Under the pieces are notes generated by a model that searched no databases, was not told where the DNA came from, and saw only the letters and a program-made list of their open reading frames with translations. 64,000 nt of DNA, taken from a virus. Its lineage: Duplodnaviria > Caudoviricetes. Of the stretch, positions 17,008 to 26,201 are shown piece after piece; position 1 is the stretch's first letter, and every line of letters begins with the position of its first letter. A program made the position numbers and the translations under genes. The stretch spans positions 192,001 to 256,000 of the IMG/VR virus record IMGVR_UViG_3300031134_000001; one strand, 5' to 3'.

Positions 17008-17946
17008 ATGAATGAAGCTGCTATCCTTTCCGACCGCCAGATCCGTGAACTGTGCGAGAAACCTGTCGGCACCCTGCGTTACACCGATTCCCGCCATGGT
17101 CCGGTTACTGAAGAACGTCGGGTACAAGTCTACGCTGATCAACTCGTTAACGGGTATCGCCAACACTTTGATGCTTACGCGGAAAAGCACGGCGGTAAAC
17201 AGATCCACGGTACACGCATTACGCTGCATGACGTTCACAGCGACGTCTATCAAGAGCACTATCGCGACTTCCAACCAATGATCGAACCGTTTTCTCCGCA
17301 CCAAGTTCGCGAGAACGAGCGCAACGCTACGGACGAAGAAGTGTATGTGATTCAACGCATGCTCAATGAAGAAGGTGTCGGCAATAAAGTTGACATCATC
17401 GCGGAACTGCAAAAGAAATGGCCTAGCATCCGGTCATTCCGGCTAGACATCATGCTGGGCTACCAGATCCTGGAAAAGATCGTCAGCTACGGTTTGACCT
17501 CGTTCGGTTACGATGTGCGCTGCGGTCGTGAATTCAAGATCTTCACCAACATCAATTCCACGCTGATCGATCCGAAGAACTTCGACGACAAGAACTTCGT
17601 GGACTTCGTCGGCGACGTTTGCATTATCCCGCCCAATTCGTTCGTGCTGGCCCGGACCATGGAACGCTTTGATCTGCCCCGCGACATCGTCGCTGACTGC
17701 GTGGGTAAGTCCACTTACGCCCGGTGCGGCATCTCCATCATGGTCACGCCACTCGAACCTGAGTGGGACGGCTACCTGACGCTGGAGTTCGCCAACACGA
17801 CCCCGCTGCCAGCCAAGCTGTATGCTGGTGAAGGTTGTGGTCAGATCCGCTTCTTCCGCGGCAGCGAAGGCTGCGAGACGTCGTACCGTGACCGTGGTGG
17901 CAAGTACCTCGGTCAAACCGATCAACCTGTCACACCGAAGATGTAA
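17008..17946 (+). CDS. dcd: dCTP deaminase with two N-terminal insertions
   Basis: [55 protein letters not shown] motifs. Confidence 0.93.
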   Translation: MNEAAILSDRQIRELCEKPVGTLRYTDSRHGPVTEERRVQVYADQLVNGYRQHFDAYAEKHGGKQIHGTRITLHDVHSDVYQEHYRDFQPMIEPFSPHQVRENERNATDEEVYVIQRMLNEEGVGNKVDIIAELQKKWPSIRSFRLDIMLGYQILEKIVSYGLTSFGYDVRCGREFKIFTNINSTLIDPKNFDDKNFVDFVGDVCIIPPNSFVLARTMERFDLPRDIVADCVGKSTYARCGISIMVTPLEPEWDGYLTLEFANTTPLPAKLYAGEGCGQIRFFRGSEGCETSYRDRGGKYLGQTDQPVTPKM

Positions 17947-17947
17947 C

Positions 17948-18382
17948 ATGAGCCAAGAAATCAACGGTCCTCATCTTGAGACGAATGGTTTTTACTTTCT
18001 TCTCAAGAAAGCAGCTTGCGCTACCTCGCTCAGAAACGCTTTGAGCAGTCACGCTTCTGGCGAGCCCCTCCATCCGAGTTATCTGCATTCGTGGCTCGCT
18101 GTCCTGCAAACCTTCAGTCTCTTCCGGCGGCATCAGATCGTCTTCGAAAAGGAAATCTTGTTTGAGCCAATCGTCATTACCGACGGTAAGCTCGAACCAG
18201 TGCTTGATGCCAAGCTGTGCGGCGTTCTGGTGATCTCTCCGTCGGAAGACTACGAGGGCGGTGAATACAACGGCGCCAAGGTCGAACAAGGCGGCGCTGT
18301 GTTCTATCGCCCTGAAGACTACCAAGACTTCGCACCGGTCACGGAAGGCGAATGCAAGGCGTACTACTTCGCACTTAAATAG
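17948..18382 (+). CDS. degenerate 2OG-Fe(II) oxygenase-like (PKHD-type) protein
   Basis: LVISPSEDYEGGE and PVTEGE motifs; no HxD...H triad visible. Confidence 0.45.
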   Translation: MSQEINGPHLETNGFYFLLKKAACATSLRNALSSHASGEPLHPSYLHSWLAVLQTFSLFRRHQIVFEKEILFEPIVITDGKLEPVLDAKLCGVLVISPSEDYEGGEYNGAKVEQGGAVFYRPEDYQDFAPVTEGECKAYYFALK

Positions 18383-18393
18383 CAGTTCAGCCG

Positions 18394-18416
18394 AGGGCTC
18401 GCAACCCTCGGCTTCT
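18394..18416 (+). terminator. hairpin terminator
   Basis: GCCGAGGG/CCCTCGGC stem. Confidence 0.65.
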
Positions 18417-18436
18417 TACCAGGGAAAGGATGCAAC

Positions 18437-18814
18437 ATGCTTGAACCAGTTTGGAAACGCACTAAAGGCTATAACTTGCTGGACCCGTACCAAAGCATCC
18501 AAACCATCGAAGACGGTAACCTGACAATGGCTGCGTTGCGGTCATTGTTTCCAGATGGCCAAGCCAACGCCATGAACCTGGCGATGTTCTCGACCGGTGG
18601 TACGTTTGGCACGTTTGCCACGATCGAGGACGTGGAAGCAGAAATCAAACAAAATGGCTTTACGTTTGATGGCTTGACGTTCGTGGTGGTGCAACCACGG
18701 GTTTTGTGCTTGCGTTACGGCAGAGCTTATCCGGAGAACGACGACGACTTCGCGTTCTTAAAGAAGCTGCGAACAACCTCGAACGAAGTGTTCGGCAAGA
18801 TCGGTCAGCCGTGA
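18437..18814 (+). CDS. hypothetical phage protein
   Basis: AAGGA RBS, 125 aa. Confidence 0.75.
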   Translation: MLEPVWKRTKGYNLLDPYQSIQTIEDGNLTMAALRSLFPDGQANAMNLAMFSTGGTFGTFATIEDVEAEIKQNGFTFDGLTFVVVQPRVLCLRYGRAYPENDDDFAFLKKLRTTSNEVFGKIGQP

Positions 18815-18815
18815 T

Positions 18816-19175
18816 ATGGGCTTCTTAGATGAGCTAAGTCAGCGTTTGTATAACGCCACTAAACGCCAATACCTCGAAATGAGATACGGTGCACCTTGGC
18901 CATATCCAGACGCAGCTGGAGTGGGTCTGCATATCACCAACATCCAACTTGATGCGCAACGTTTTGTAGATGCAATTCGTGGAGCCGGCTGCCCTACGAA
19001 CATGGCAATCGAACTCGCCGGTAATCTTGCTTTGAACGGGGAAATCAAAACCACCATATCGCAGCAAGTCGATCTGTTATCTGCGATCGACGACATAAAG
19101 AAAAGTGGCGCAGCTGTGCAAGTTATTGCGCCTGCCCAGAAATACATAAACGGTTTACATCATGAGTCCGTATAA
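18816..19175 (+). CDS. hypothetical protein
   Basis: Contiguous ORF. Confidence 0.7.
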   Translation: MGFLDELSQRLYNATKRQYLEMRYGAPWPYPDAAGVGLHITNIQLDAQRFVDAIRGAGCPTNMAIELAGNLALNGEIKTTISQQVDLLSAIDDIKKSGAAVQVIAPAQKYINGLHHESV

Positions 19176-19347
19176 CAATCCGCCTCCGACGGGTATTTCC
19201 AACGAAGGTTACATGGGTTTTTCACTGAAACAATTGGCTGCGCTGTCTCAGCCGGCTAAACCTTGGTGGAAAGATATCTTCACCATCAGCGAATTGATTG
19301 TCATTGGCTTTTCGATCATCAAGGGTTTGATTGTTTACTATAACTAA
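19162..19347 (+). CDS. small membrane protein
   Basis: C-terminal hydrophobic segment. Confidence 0.55.
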   Translation: MSPYNNPPPTGISNEGYMGFSLKQLAALSQPAKPWWKDIFTISELIVIGFSIIKGLIVYYN

Positions 19348-19364
19348 CAACATCGGAGGTCGCT

Positions 19365-20141
19365 GTGAAAATCACTATCCTACCGCCACAAGAAGCGCCC
19401 AAGCAACTCACTGCCCAACATCGCTCTAAGTCATTAGGGGAACATTTCGAAGCGTTCATGAGCGTGAACAACATCCGTGGGTTCATGGATGAGTTGTGCG
19501 TTGAAGAACCGATCGTGGAAGAAGTCGCTGCGATGTGGTTGATTGTTGTCTGGGAAGTACAGTACCAGCGACAAGTCGAAGCAATGCGTTTGTATGCCGA
19601 GCAACAATGGCTGCTGGAACGTAAAGCTACGCAAGAGAAGAAGATGGCTGAGCGGGCAGCAAAGCGCGCGCTCGATACGCCTGTGTTGAAAACCGCGCAA
19701 GTAGCGCAGTCGATGGTGCGTGGGACTGTAGCAGAAGCGGACTCTCAACTCTTCAAAACACCACTGCAGCAATACGACGAAGCTGTCAAACAAGCGCGGG
19801 CTAGTGGTAAGATGTTTGACATCGCATCACCTAAGCCACTCCGTGACGCCGAGTATCGCGCCCGCTTGAATGAACTTTTGGCGGACAGTGAGATACTGAT
19901 CTCCGAAGCAGAGATGAGTGATCGCATGAAGACCTCACCGCTGCGCAAACATATCGTGGCTAGCCGAGATTTTTACTCGATGCGCGCCGTCACGCCAGAG
20001 CAAGCTAAAGCGATTGCCCAAGCTTATCAGGAATCTTTGGCGCCTGTTTTCGTATCGACATTTGACATTCAAGAATTTCTGATGTCTTCACCAAAGTCGG
20101 AACCTACAGGCGCGTACCGCATCAACCCGTACTTAAAATAA
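19365..20141 (+). CDS. hypothetical protein
   Basis: GGAGG RBS with GTG start, 258 aa. Confidence 0.8.
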   Translation: MKITILPPQEAPKQLTAQHRSKSLGEHFEAFMSVNNIRGFMDELCVEEPIVEEVAAMWLIVVWEVQYQRQVEAMRLYAEQQWLLERKATQEKKMAERAAKRALDTPVLKTAQVAQSMVRGTVAEADSQLFKTPLQQYDEAVKQARASGKMFDIASPKPLRDAEYRARLNELLADSEILISEAEMSDRMKTSPLRKHIVASRDFYSMRAVTPEQAKAIAQAYQESLAPVFVSTFDIQEFLMSSPKSEPTGAYRINPYLK

Positions 20142-20163
20142 CCAACAACTAAAAGGATCGCTC

Positions 20164-20598
20164 ATGAAGGAAAACTTTGATCCACACCAAGTGGTGATCT
20201 CCCGTGAGTATTTCAACACGCTCATTACCATGGCCGGTATTAACGACGTACCTGCTGGGCGCAAGAACCATCCCAACCAAACGATCATTGGACGCATCCT
20301 CTGGCATGCGCGTAAGTTCAATCGCGCGCTTCACAATGAGCGGCAGGTGGATGTCGAAAAGGATCTGCTGATTAAACGGCATCAAAGACACAAGCGGACT
20401 CAGCTGATAAAAGAGTACGGCAACGGCACTAAGCAGGTCTTTGTTATGGATGGCGAGAACGATTGGCCAACTGTCATCTGTGGCGAAAGCCGCAAAAGTA
20501 AAATGCATATCCGCTGCATGGTGATCCGTGCTCACACATGTAACTTTGAAGCGGTTCATGTCGACAGCATTATCCGCATACCACGCGCATTTAAATAA
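20164..20598 (+). CDS. hypothetical protein
   Basis: Flanked by 19-nt identical leader repeats. Confidence 0.75.
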   Translation: MKENFDPHQVVISREYFNTLITMAGINDVPAGRKNHPNQTIIGRILWHARKFNRALHNERQVDVEKDLLIKRHQRHKRTQLIKEYGNGTKQVFVMDGENDWPTVICGESRKSKMHIRCMVIRAHTCNFEAVHVDSIIRIPRAFK

Positions 20599-20621
20599 CC
20601 AACAACTAAAAAGGAATCATC

Positions 20622-21857
20622 ATGCAGTTCTATATCGTCGGCGGCTATGTCCGCGATAAGGTTTTGGGCAGAATACCTAAAGACCGTGATCTCGTGGTCG
20701 TGGGAGCTACCGAGGCTGATATGCTGGAGTTTGGCTGTCGGCCGGTTGGTAAAGACTTTCCTAGCTTCATCGGTCCAGATGGCGATGAAATTTCCATGGC
20801 GCGCCGTTCCCGTAATGGCGGGGTCGCTGACTTCGGTCCTGAAGTTACCCTCGAAGAAGATCTGGGTAAGCGAGATCTGACCATCAACGCCATGGCCATG
20901 GGCGAAGCCTACGAGGGTGATGCGTCGCTGATCGATCCGTATTTCGGCCACGACGACCTGCTTAACAAAGTGCTGCGTATGGTCAGCGAAGAAGCGTTTC
21001 GTGAAGACCCTATCCGAGTGCTGCGTGTTGCGCGGTTCGCTGCCCGCCTTCCGGACTTCCGGATCGACACCGACACCATGCATGTCATGAAGTCGCTCGT
21101 GATGGAAGGCAAACTCGACAACCTCGTGCCGGAACGGGTGTGGAAAGAACTGCACCGCGGCCTGATGGAAACCCAGCCCTCCAGGATGCTCAAGACGCTG
21201 CGTTTTTGCGGTGCACTCAAAGCCATCCTGCCGGAAGTCGATGCGCTCTACGGGGTCCCACAACCTGCCCAATGGCATCCTGAAGTGGATACGGGCATTC
21301 ATATCGAACAAGTGCTCGACTACGCGGCCAGCCAAGACTTTGCGCTGCCGGTGCGTGTGGCTGCGTTGCTGCATGACGTCGGTAAAGCATTAACACCGGC
21401 TGACACGTGGCCTGCTCACCATGGTCATGAAGGACTGGGCGAGCGCACTGCGCTGGCTGTGTGTGAGCGTCTGCGCGTGCCGGACTCTATCGCCCGTGTG
21501 GTGGCAATGACGACCCGTGAGCACGGTAACGTGCATGCAGCACTGAAGCTGCGGCCTGTGTCTGTGACGCGGTTGCTGCGTAAGTGCGACGCATTCCGTA
21601 ATCCCGATCGTTTTCAATACATGCTGCAAGCCTGCATGTGCGACGCACGTGGTCGTAAGTCCGACACCGTGAGCTTTGAAAACGTTGAGTATCCACAAGC
21701 CATGCGCTTGAGCGGTGCTCTGTGGGCAGCCCGGCAAGTCAAAGGCCATGACATCGCTGCCAAGTTCAAAGATCGTCCTGAAGAGATCGCAGTTCACATC
21801 CACGCTGAACGCGCCCGCGCTATCCGTCGCTTCGAAAAACAACACCCCGTCAATTAA
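20622..21857 (+). CDS. cca: class II tRNA nucleotidyltransferase with HD domain (Cca-like; possibly CC-adding)
   Basis: GGYVRD..LG...KDRD, EEDLGKRDLTINA, EDPIRVLRVARF, HPEVDTG, LLHDVGK motifs. Confidence 0.93.
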   Translation: MQFYIVGGYVRDKVLGRIPKDRDLVVVGATEADMLEFGCRPVGKDFPSFIGPDGDEISMARRSRNGGVADFGPEVTLEEDLGKRDLTINAMAMGEAYEGDASLIDPYFGHDDLLNKVLRMVSEEAFREDPIRVLRVARFAARLPDFRIDTDTMHVMKSLVMEGKLDNLVPERVWKELHRGLMETQPSRMLKTLRFCGALKAILPEVDALYGVPQPAQWHPEVDTGIHIEQVLDYAASQDFALPVRVAALLHDVGKALTPADTWPAHHGHEGLGERTALAVCERLRVPDSIARVVAMTTREHGNVHAALKLRPVSVTRLLRKCDAFRNPDRFQYMLQACMCDARGRKSDTVSFENVEYPQAMRLSGALWAARQVKGHDIAAKFKDRPEEIAVHIHAERARAIRRFEKQHPVN

Positions 21858-21867
21858 GGAGTAATAC

Positions 21868-23037
21868 ATGGGCGGCAACGCACTGATGTTTGCGCACACT
21901 GAGCGCAAGAACAAAGAGCAGTACACTGAAATCACCCGCACCGTGATCGACAAGTTGTGCGAACTGTTCCCGGCAACCGAGATGGCAGCGATCAAATCGA
22001 TCGAAGGTAAAGAGACCTTTGGCGACTGCGACATTTTGTTGGTCGATAAGAACCTGCCGGCAAACTGGATCTACCAAGTCCAGCAAGCATTCCATACCAA
22101 GGAAATGCTGATCAACCGACTGGGTGGTGGACCGCTTCGCTTCATTGACCCTAACATCGCGTTGGAGGTGGAGCACGTCGCCCTGCACGACGGTAGCCAC
22201 TACGATGTGCCGCAGTCAGCTATCCCGTCTTCGACAGTGTCGTTTGCGTTCGAGGATTTCCAGATCGATCTGATGATCACCCAACCAGAAGACTTCGAGA
22301 TCGCCCAAATCTACTACGCTTACAACGACCTCGGTAACCTCATGGGGCGCATCGCTGATGCCATGGGGTTCAAGTTCGGCTGGAGCGGCCTGTGGAAGAA
22401 CCTCGATGAAGGTAGCGAGACATACGCGAAGTTGTGCGTCTCGCGCGACCCTCGCCCCATCTTCGAGTTGTTGGGATACGATTACGATCGCTATTTGGTC
22501 GGATTCGAATCGTTCGAGAACATGTACGAATACGCTGCTTCGTCGCAGTGGTTTCACAGTGCGCTTTACCAGTTTGAAAACCGCAATCACAAAGACCGCG
22601 TGCGTGATGAGAAGCGCGCATCGTACCGCGGTTTCGTGGCGTGGCTGGAAGGCAAACCATGGCTGAACAAACACACATGGACCCGGTACGAGCTGGGCAC
22701 CAATCCACCGGCTCGGGTGCGGGAAAAGGAGGCACATCTGCGCCGGGCTTTGAGCCGGCATACGAGTTTCCGCCTGAGTGTCGATATCGAAAAGCGGCGG
22801 TACGTGGCAGTCAAAGGCGCCAAGAAGATCTGGAACGGTGAGATCATTTCCAAACTCACTGGGTTTACGGGTATGGAGTTGGGCGACTTCATGCGTCACT
22901 GCAAAGAAACGACGTATTGGGAAGGGGAGTTTGTTTCGTTTGAAGAACTTCTGTACGTACGTCGTCATGCGATCAATGTCCCTGCCATGGTTCGTGACCG
23001 CCTGCAGCATTTCAAACGGAAAGTCGATGACGCGTAA
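21868..23037 (+). CDS. Pol-beta superfamily nucleotidyltransferase-like protein
   Basis: KETFGDCDILL (G-D-x-D) and FQIDLMI (third Asp) motifs. Confidence 0.65.
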   Translation: MGGNALMFAHTERKNKEQYTEITRTVIDKLCELFPATEMAAIKSIEGKETFGDCDILLVDKNLPANWIYQVQQAFHTKEMLINRLGGGPLRFIDPNIALEVEHVALHDGSHYDVPQSAIPSSTVSFAFEDFQIDLMITQPEDFEIAQIYYAYNDLGNLMGRIADAMGFKFGWSGLWKNLDEGSETYAKLCVSRDPRPIFELLGYDYDRYLVGFESFENMYEYAASSQWFHSALYQFENRNHKDRVRDEKRASYRGFVAWLEGKPWLNKHTWTRYELGTNPPARVREKEAHLRRALSRHTSFRLSVDIEKRRYVAVKGAKKIWNGEIISKLTGFTGMELGDFMRHCKETTYWEGEFVSFEELLYVRRHAINVPAMVRDRLQHFKRKVDDA

Positions 23038-23395
23038 GATGGTGCATCTTGCAATTACCCGGCAGCTAAGTCGCTGGTCGATTGACTACATGCAGCCGTA
23101 TCAGTTGCTAACGCATTACTTGATGGCGTCGTACGCGTATTACATTCTAGCGGAAAGCGTATGGGTGGATGACGACTACGACTTTTTGTGTAGTCGGTTA
23201 TTAGAAGAGTTTGATAACTTCGAACACCGGCACAAACACTTAACTGGCGTCGATGCGTTGGGAGCCGGTACCGCATACCACCTAAAGTCGGAAGATTATC
23301 CACCTCAAATCCGTCATGGCTTTCCGACGTACATACGCAACATGAATGACGGCACCATCGAAAGCGACCTCTTAAAACAAGGTCGTTATAAATAA
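23027..23395 (+). CDS. stand-alone NAD-dependent DNA ligase domain-Ia-like protein
   Basis: YAYY......VDDDYDFL resembles LigA Ia YY.......D..YD.L; the start overlaps the NTase stop. Confidence 0.5.
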   Translation: MTRKMVHLAITRQLSRWSIDYMQPYQLLTHYLMASYAYYILAESVWVDDDYDFLCSRLLEEFDNFEHRHKHLTGVDALGAGTAYHLKSEDYPPQIRHGFPTYIRNMNDGTIESDLLKQGRYK

Positions 23396-23489
23396 ACATC
23401 GGGAACTACGATCGTTTGACAGATGCGCTTCCCTATGGCAACTGTTCGCGACGTAGTTAACCGCACAAAACTAATAAAGGAAAACAAGC

Positions 23490-25169
23490 ATGTCCGAAGT
23501 CATGTCCCTCGAAGCGGCGCGCGCGCCGTACGACCCAAACCTGTTCCACCGCATCGCCCAGCGTGCACAGAACAACTACAGCGCTCACGTCGCTACCAAC
23601 AAACCGATGTTCCGCGTCGAGCTGCCTAAAGGCGCGTTGTTCACGACCTACCTCGACAACCTGCCGATCGAATACCGCCAGCAGATGAACTGCTCGTGCT
23701 GCCGCAGCTTCCTGAACCGCATGGGTAACCTGGTCACGATCTCGACCGACGAAGCCAGCTTCGGCAAACTGGAATCGGTGTTCTGGCGCGAACGGGACAT
23801 CCCAGAAGAATGGAGCGTTGATCCAGTCTTCAACGACACCATGCAAGCCATGCGTGACCTGGTCGAATCGTCGACCATCGGTTACCATTTCCTGTCCTCG
23901 CTCGAAACTCTGGGCATTCCGGAAAAGGGCGGTTTCGAGCACTTCGCTGTCAAAAACGAACAAGTGTTCGAGAACAAGCTGTTTGAAGCCCACGAAGTCG
24001 TCGCCACCGAATACCAGTCCTTCGGCGCCCTGTCCAAGTTCATCGGCGTGACGGTCAAGCAAGAACTCATCGACCAGATCCTGGTTTACTTCAAGCACGA
24101 CAAGCGCTTGAAGGACATGGACAAATGGATCGGCCATCTCGAATGGCTGGCGCAGTTCAAGACGAAGCTCACGGCGCTGCCGCAGAAACAACGTCGGGCT
24201 TACACGTGGCTGCAAGTGGCCACCCAAAGCCCTGGTCGCGTGGACCTCAAGAACAGCCCGCTGGGCAAGTTCATGAAGAACATCATCAACGGCGTGGAGT
24301 ACGAAGCGGCTACCCGCATGTTCCTGTCGATGATCGGCGAGAAGTACATGAAAGCGACCGTGGCACCGAAGGAAGGCAACATCAAGCGCGCCGAGACCGT
24401 CGTTGAAAAGCTGGGTCTGGCATCGGCAATGAACCGCCGGCCGCTGATGCATTCGGAAGTGCGCGGCAAGATCTGGACGCCGCCAGTTGCCGAAGCAAAA
24501 GAAGCAGAGCACAAACCAGTGTTCGGTCATCTCAAGCCACGGGAAGAAAAGAAACCACCTGCGCCTGCTCTGCCGGAAATCACCTACGGCTCGATCACGC
24601 TCAAGCGCTTCTTGGAAGAAGTGTTGCCGGAAGCCGTCGAGATCTACTTCGACTACAGCCACAACTACTACGGTCAACACTACCCGATCGTCGGCTTTAA
24701 CACCAGCGTGGATGCTGATGCGAAGCCAATCCTGACGTGGGATAAGGAAGACAACCGCAACCCAGTGTCGGGCTACCTCTACCATGGGGGCAGCACGGCA
24801 TCACACTGGGCGCTGCCTCGTGATGGCAAGGTGCGCGTGACGGCCATCACGGTCGGTGTGCCGGACTGGAGCAAAGAAGTGTCGCTCGCTGACATGGCCG
24901 ATACGAGTTCGGTGATCTTCATCCTCGAATCGGGCCGCGATACCCGCGTCACTGACACGCCGATGTTTGCCGAGTCGTTCCTGCCAGAACTGCACGGTGT
25001 GCGTTCGGTGCTCGACGCGCATTTCCGCAGCCAACCCATGGCAGCGCTGCCAGAAGGTGAAAATCCAGTGGTCGGCATTACCGCTACTACCAAAGGCGAG
25101 GCGCTGGTCACGCTCAAGGTCGTCAAGAAAGACGCGGTCGTTCGCTACGTGATCGATCGTTCGCACTAA
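23490..25169 (+). CDS. large hypothetical phage protein (559 aa) with CxCC motif
   Basis: AAGGA RBS; NCSCCRSFL; strong codon bias. Confidence 0.85.
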   Translation: MSEVMSLEAARAPYDPNLFHRIAQRAQNNYSAHVATNKPMFRVELPKGALFTTYLDNLPIEYRQQMNCSCCRSFLNRMGNLVTISTDEASFGKLESVFWRERDIPEEWSVDPVFNDTMQAMRDLVESSTIGYHFLSSLETLGIPEKGGFEHFAVKNEQVFENKLFEAHEVVATEYQSFGALSKFIGVTVKQELIDQILVYFKHDKRLKDMDKWIGHLEWLAQFKTKLTALPQKQRRAYTWLQVATQSPGRVDLKNSPLGKFMKNIINGVEYEAATRMFLSMIGEKYMKATVAPKEGNIKRAETVVEKLGLASAMNRRPLMHSEVRGKIWTPPVAEAKEAEHKPVFGHLKPREEKKPPAPALPEITYGSITLKRFLEEVLPEAVEIYFDYSHNYYGQHYPIVGFNTSVDADAKPILTWDKEDNRNPVSGYLYHGGSTASHWALPRDGKVRVTAITVGVPDWSKEVSLADMADTSSVIFILESGRDTRVTDTPMFAESFLPELHGVRSVLDAHFRSQPMAALPEGENPVVGITATTKGEALVTLKVVKKDAVVRYVIDRSH

Positions 25170-25183
25170 GTCGTATCCAATAA

Positions 25184-25217
25184 AGCGGGAGGGCTTCGGC
25201 TCTCCTGCTTTATGCCG
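25184..25217 (+). terminator. hairpin-TATGCCG element
   Basis: GCGGGAG-GGC-TTCG-GCT-CTCCTGC then TTTATGCCG. Confidence 0.75.
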
Positions 25218-25291
25218 TCGATATTTTGCGATTGACGGTGCAACATGTATGGACGTACCTTGATTGTTCGTTAACCCTCACTTTTAGAACC

Positions 25292-26191
25292 ATGGAAAAG
25301 TACAAATATAGAATTGCGCTCTCGTTCGGTTGCTTGGAGATCTGTGACTTTCCAAGCGTAGCAACTGCATTCGAACAATACCCTTCAGGTCGGTTGGTCA
25401 TCGACGATCTGCATGGGAATGAGTTGATTTACTATCGCCTGAAAATCAGTGCGGCGGTACGCAATCGTAACAGTAAACTGCTTAGCTTTGAAGATTATAA
25501 GGCCGAGCTCTACGATGAAGTCCACAAGTATCTGAACGAAGTCTACGGCCGTAAGGTATCGGTCTATGGCATGGCAACCATGTATCGCTATCTGAACTGG
25601 CTGCTAGCGCCTGATGGACGCCACATGCGCCAACGCCCAGGTTCACGGATCGAACCGATCAACAGTTCGCAAGGCGGGTACCAGATCTTTATCGAGTTCC
25701 CCAACCTCGTGTTCTTCCACATGCATGACCGCGTGGTGTGCAGTCATCCTACCGACCCTAGCGCACCACCAACCACGTACTACAGCCGGCGTTACCAGGA
25801 ACTCTCTACGAGTGATGTGAACGCAGACACTGTAGCGCACGCTTATCCGCGGGATGGTTTCTTTGGTGTCATGCCATTTGATGGCAACAACTACTTCTTC
25901 TCGTTACAGATGGCTGACGTACCGCGCTGGAATACCATCGCCCGGCCAGATGAAACGGGCGGCGTGTGGAACAAAGACCGGCTGCTGAGTAATAGCTTAA
26001 GTCAAGCAGACATTGGCATTATTCTGCACCGAGAGATTCTCAAACGGTTCTCGTTCTTCCGCCACGGTACGCTGGGAAAACCGTCAGACATCCAAGTGCT
26101 GTTTAACCTGACCGATCGCTTGAATGAAAAGCCGGCCGAATACCCCAACATCAAGATGATTAAACCATCTGCGACCAATAACCAACAATAA
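25292..26191 (+). CDS. hypothetical protein
   Basis: Long ORF, likely start MEKYKY. Confidence 0.75.
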   Translation: MEKYKYRIALSFGCLEICDFPSVATAFEQYPSGRLVIDDLHGNELIYYRLKISAAVRNRNSKLLSFEDYKAELYDEVHKYLNEVYGRKVSVYGMATMYRYLNWLLAPDGRHMRQRPGSRIEPINSSQGGYQIFIEFPNLVFFHMHDRVVCSHPTDPSAPPTTYYSRRYQELSTSDVNADTVAHAYPRDGFFGVMPFDGNNYFFSLQMADVPRWNTIARPDETGGVWNKDRLLSNSLSQADIGIILHREILKRFSFFRHGTLGKPSDIQVLFNLTDRLNEKPAEYPNIKMIKPSATNNQQ

Positions 26192-26201
26192 GGCCACTAC
26201 C

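Noticed and set aside
17040-17480. Intein or intron in dcd
   Set aside because: The inserts are short, in frame and lack Cys/Ser starts and His-Asn ends; no intron core motifs.
23457-24785. 442-aa minus-strand ORF (and similar ones at 12588-13616, 20556-21374, 22216-23010 and 52936-54219)
   Set aside because: All lie opposite well-supported plus-strand genes in continuous operons.
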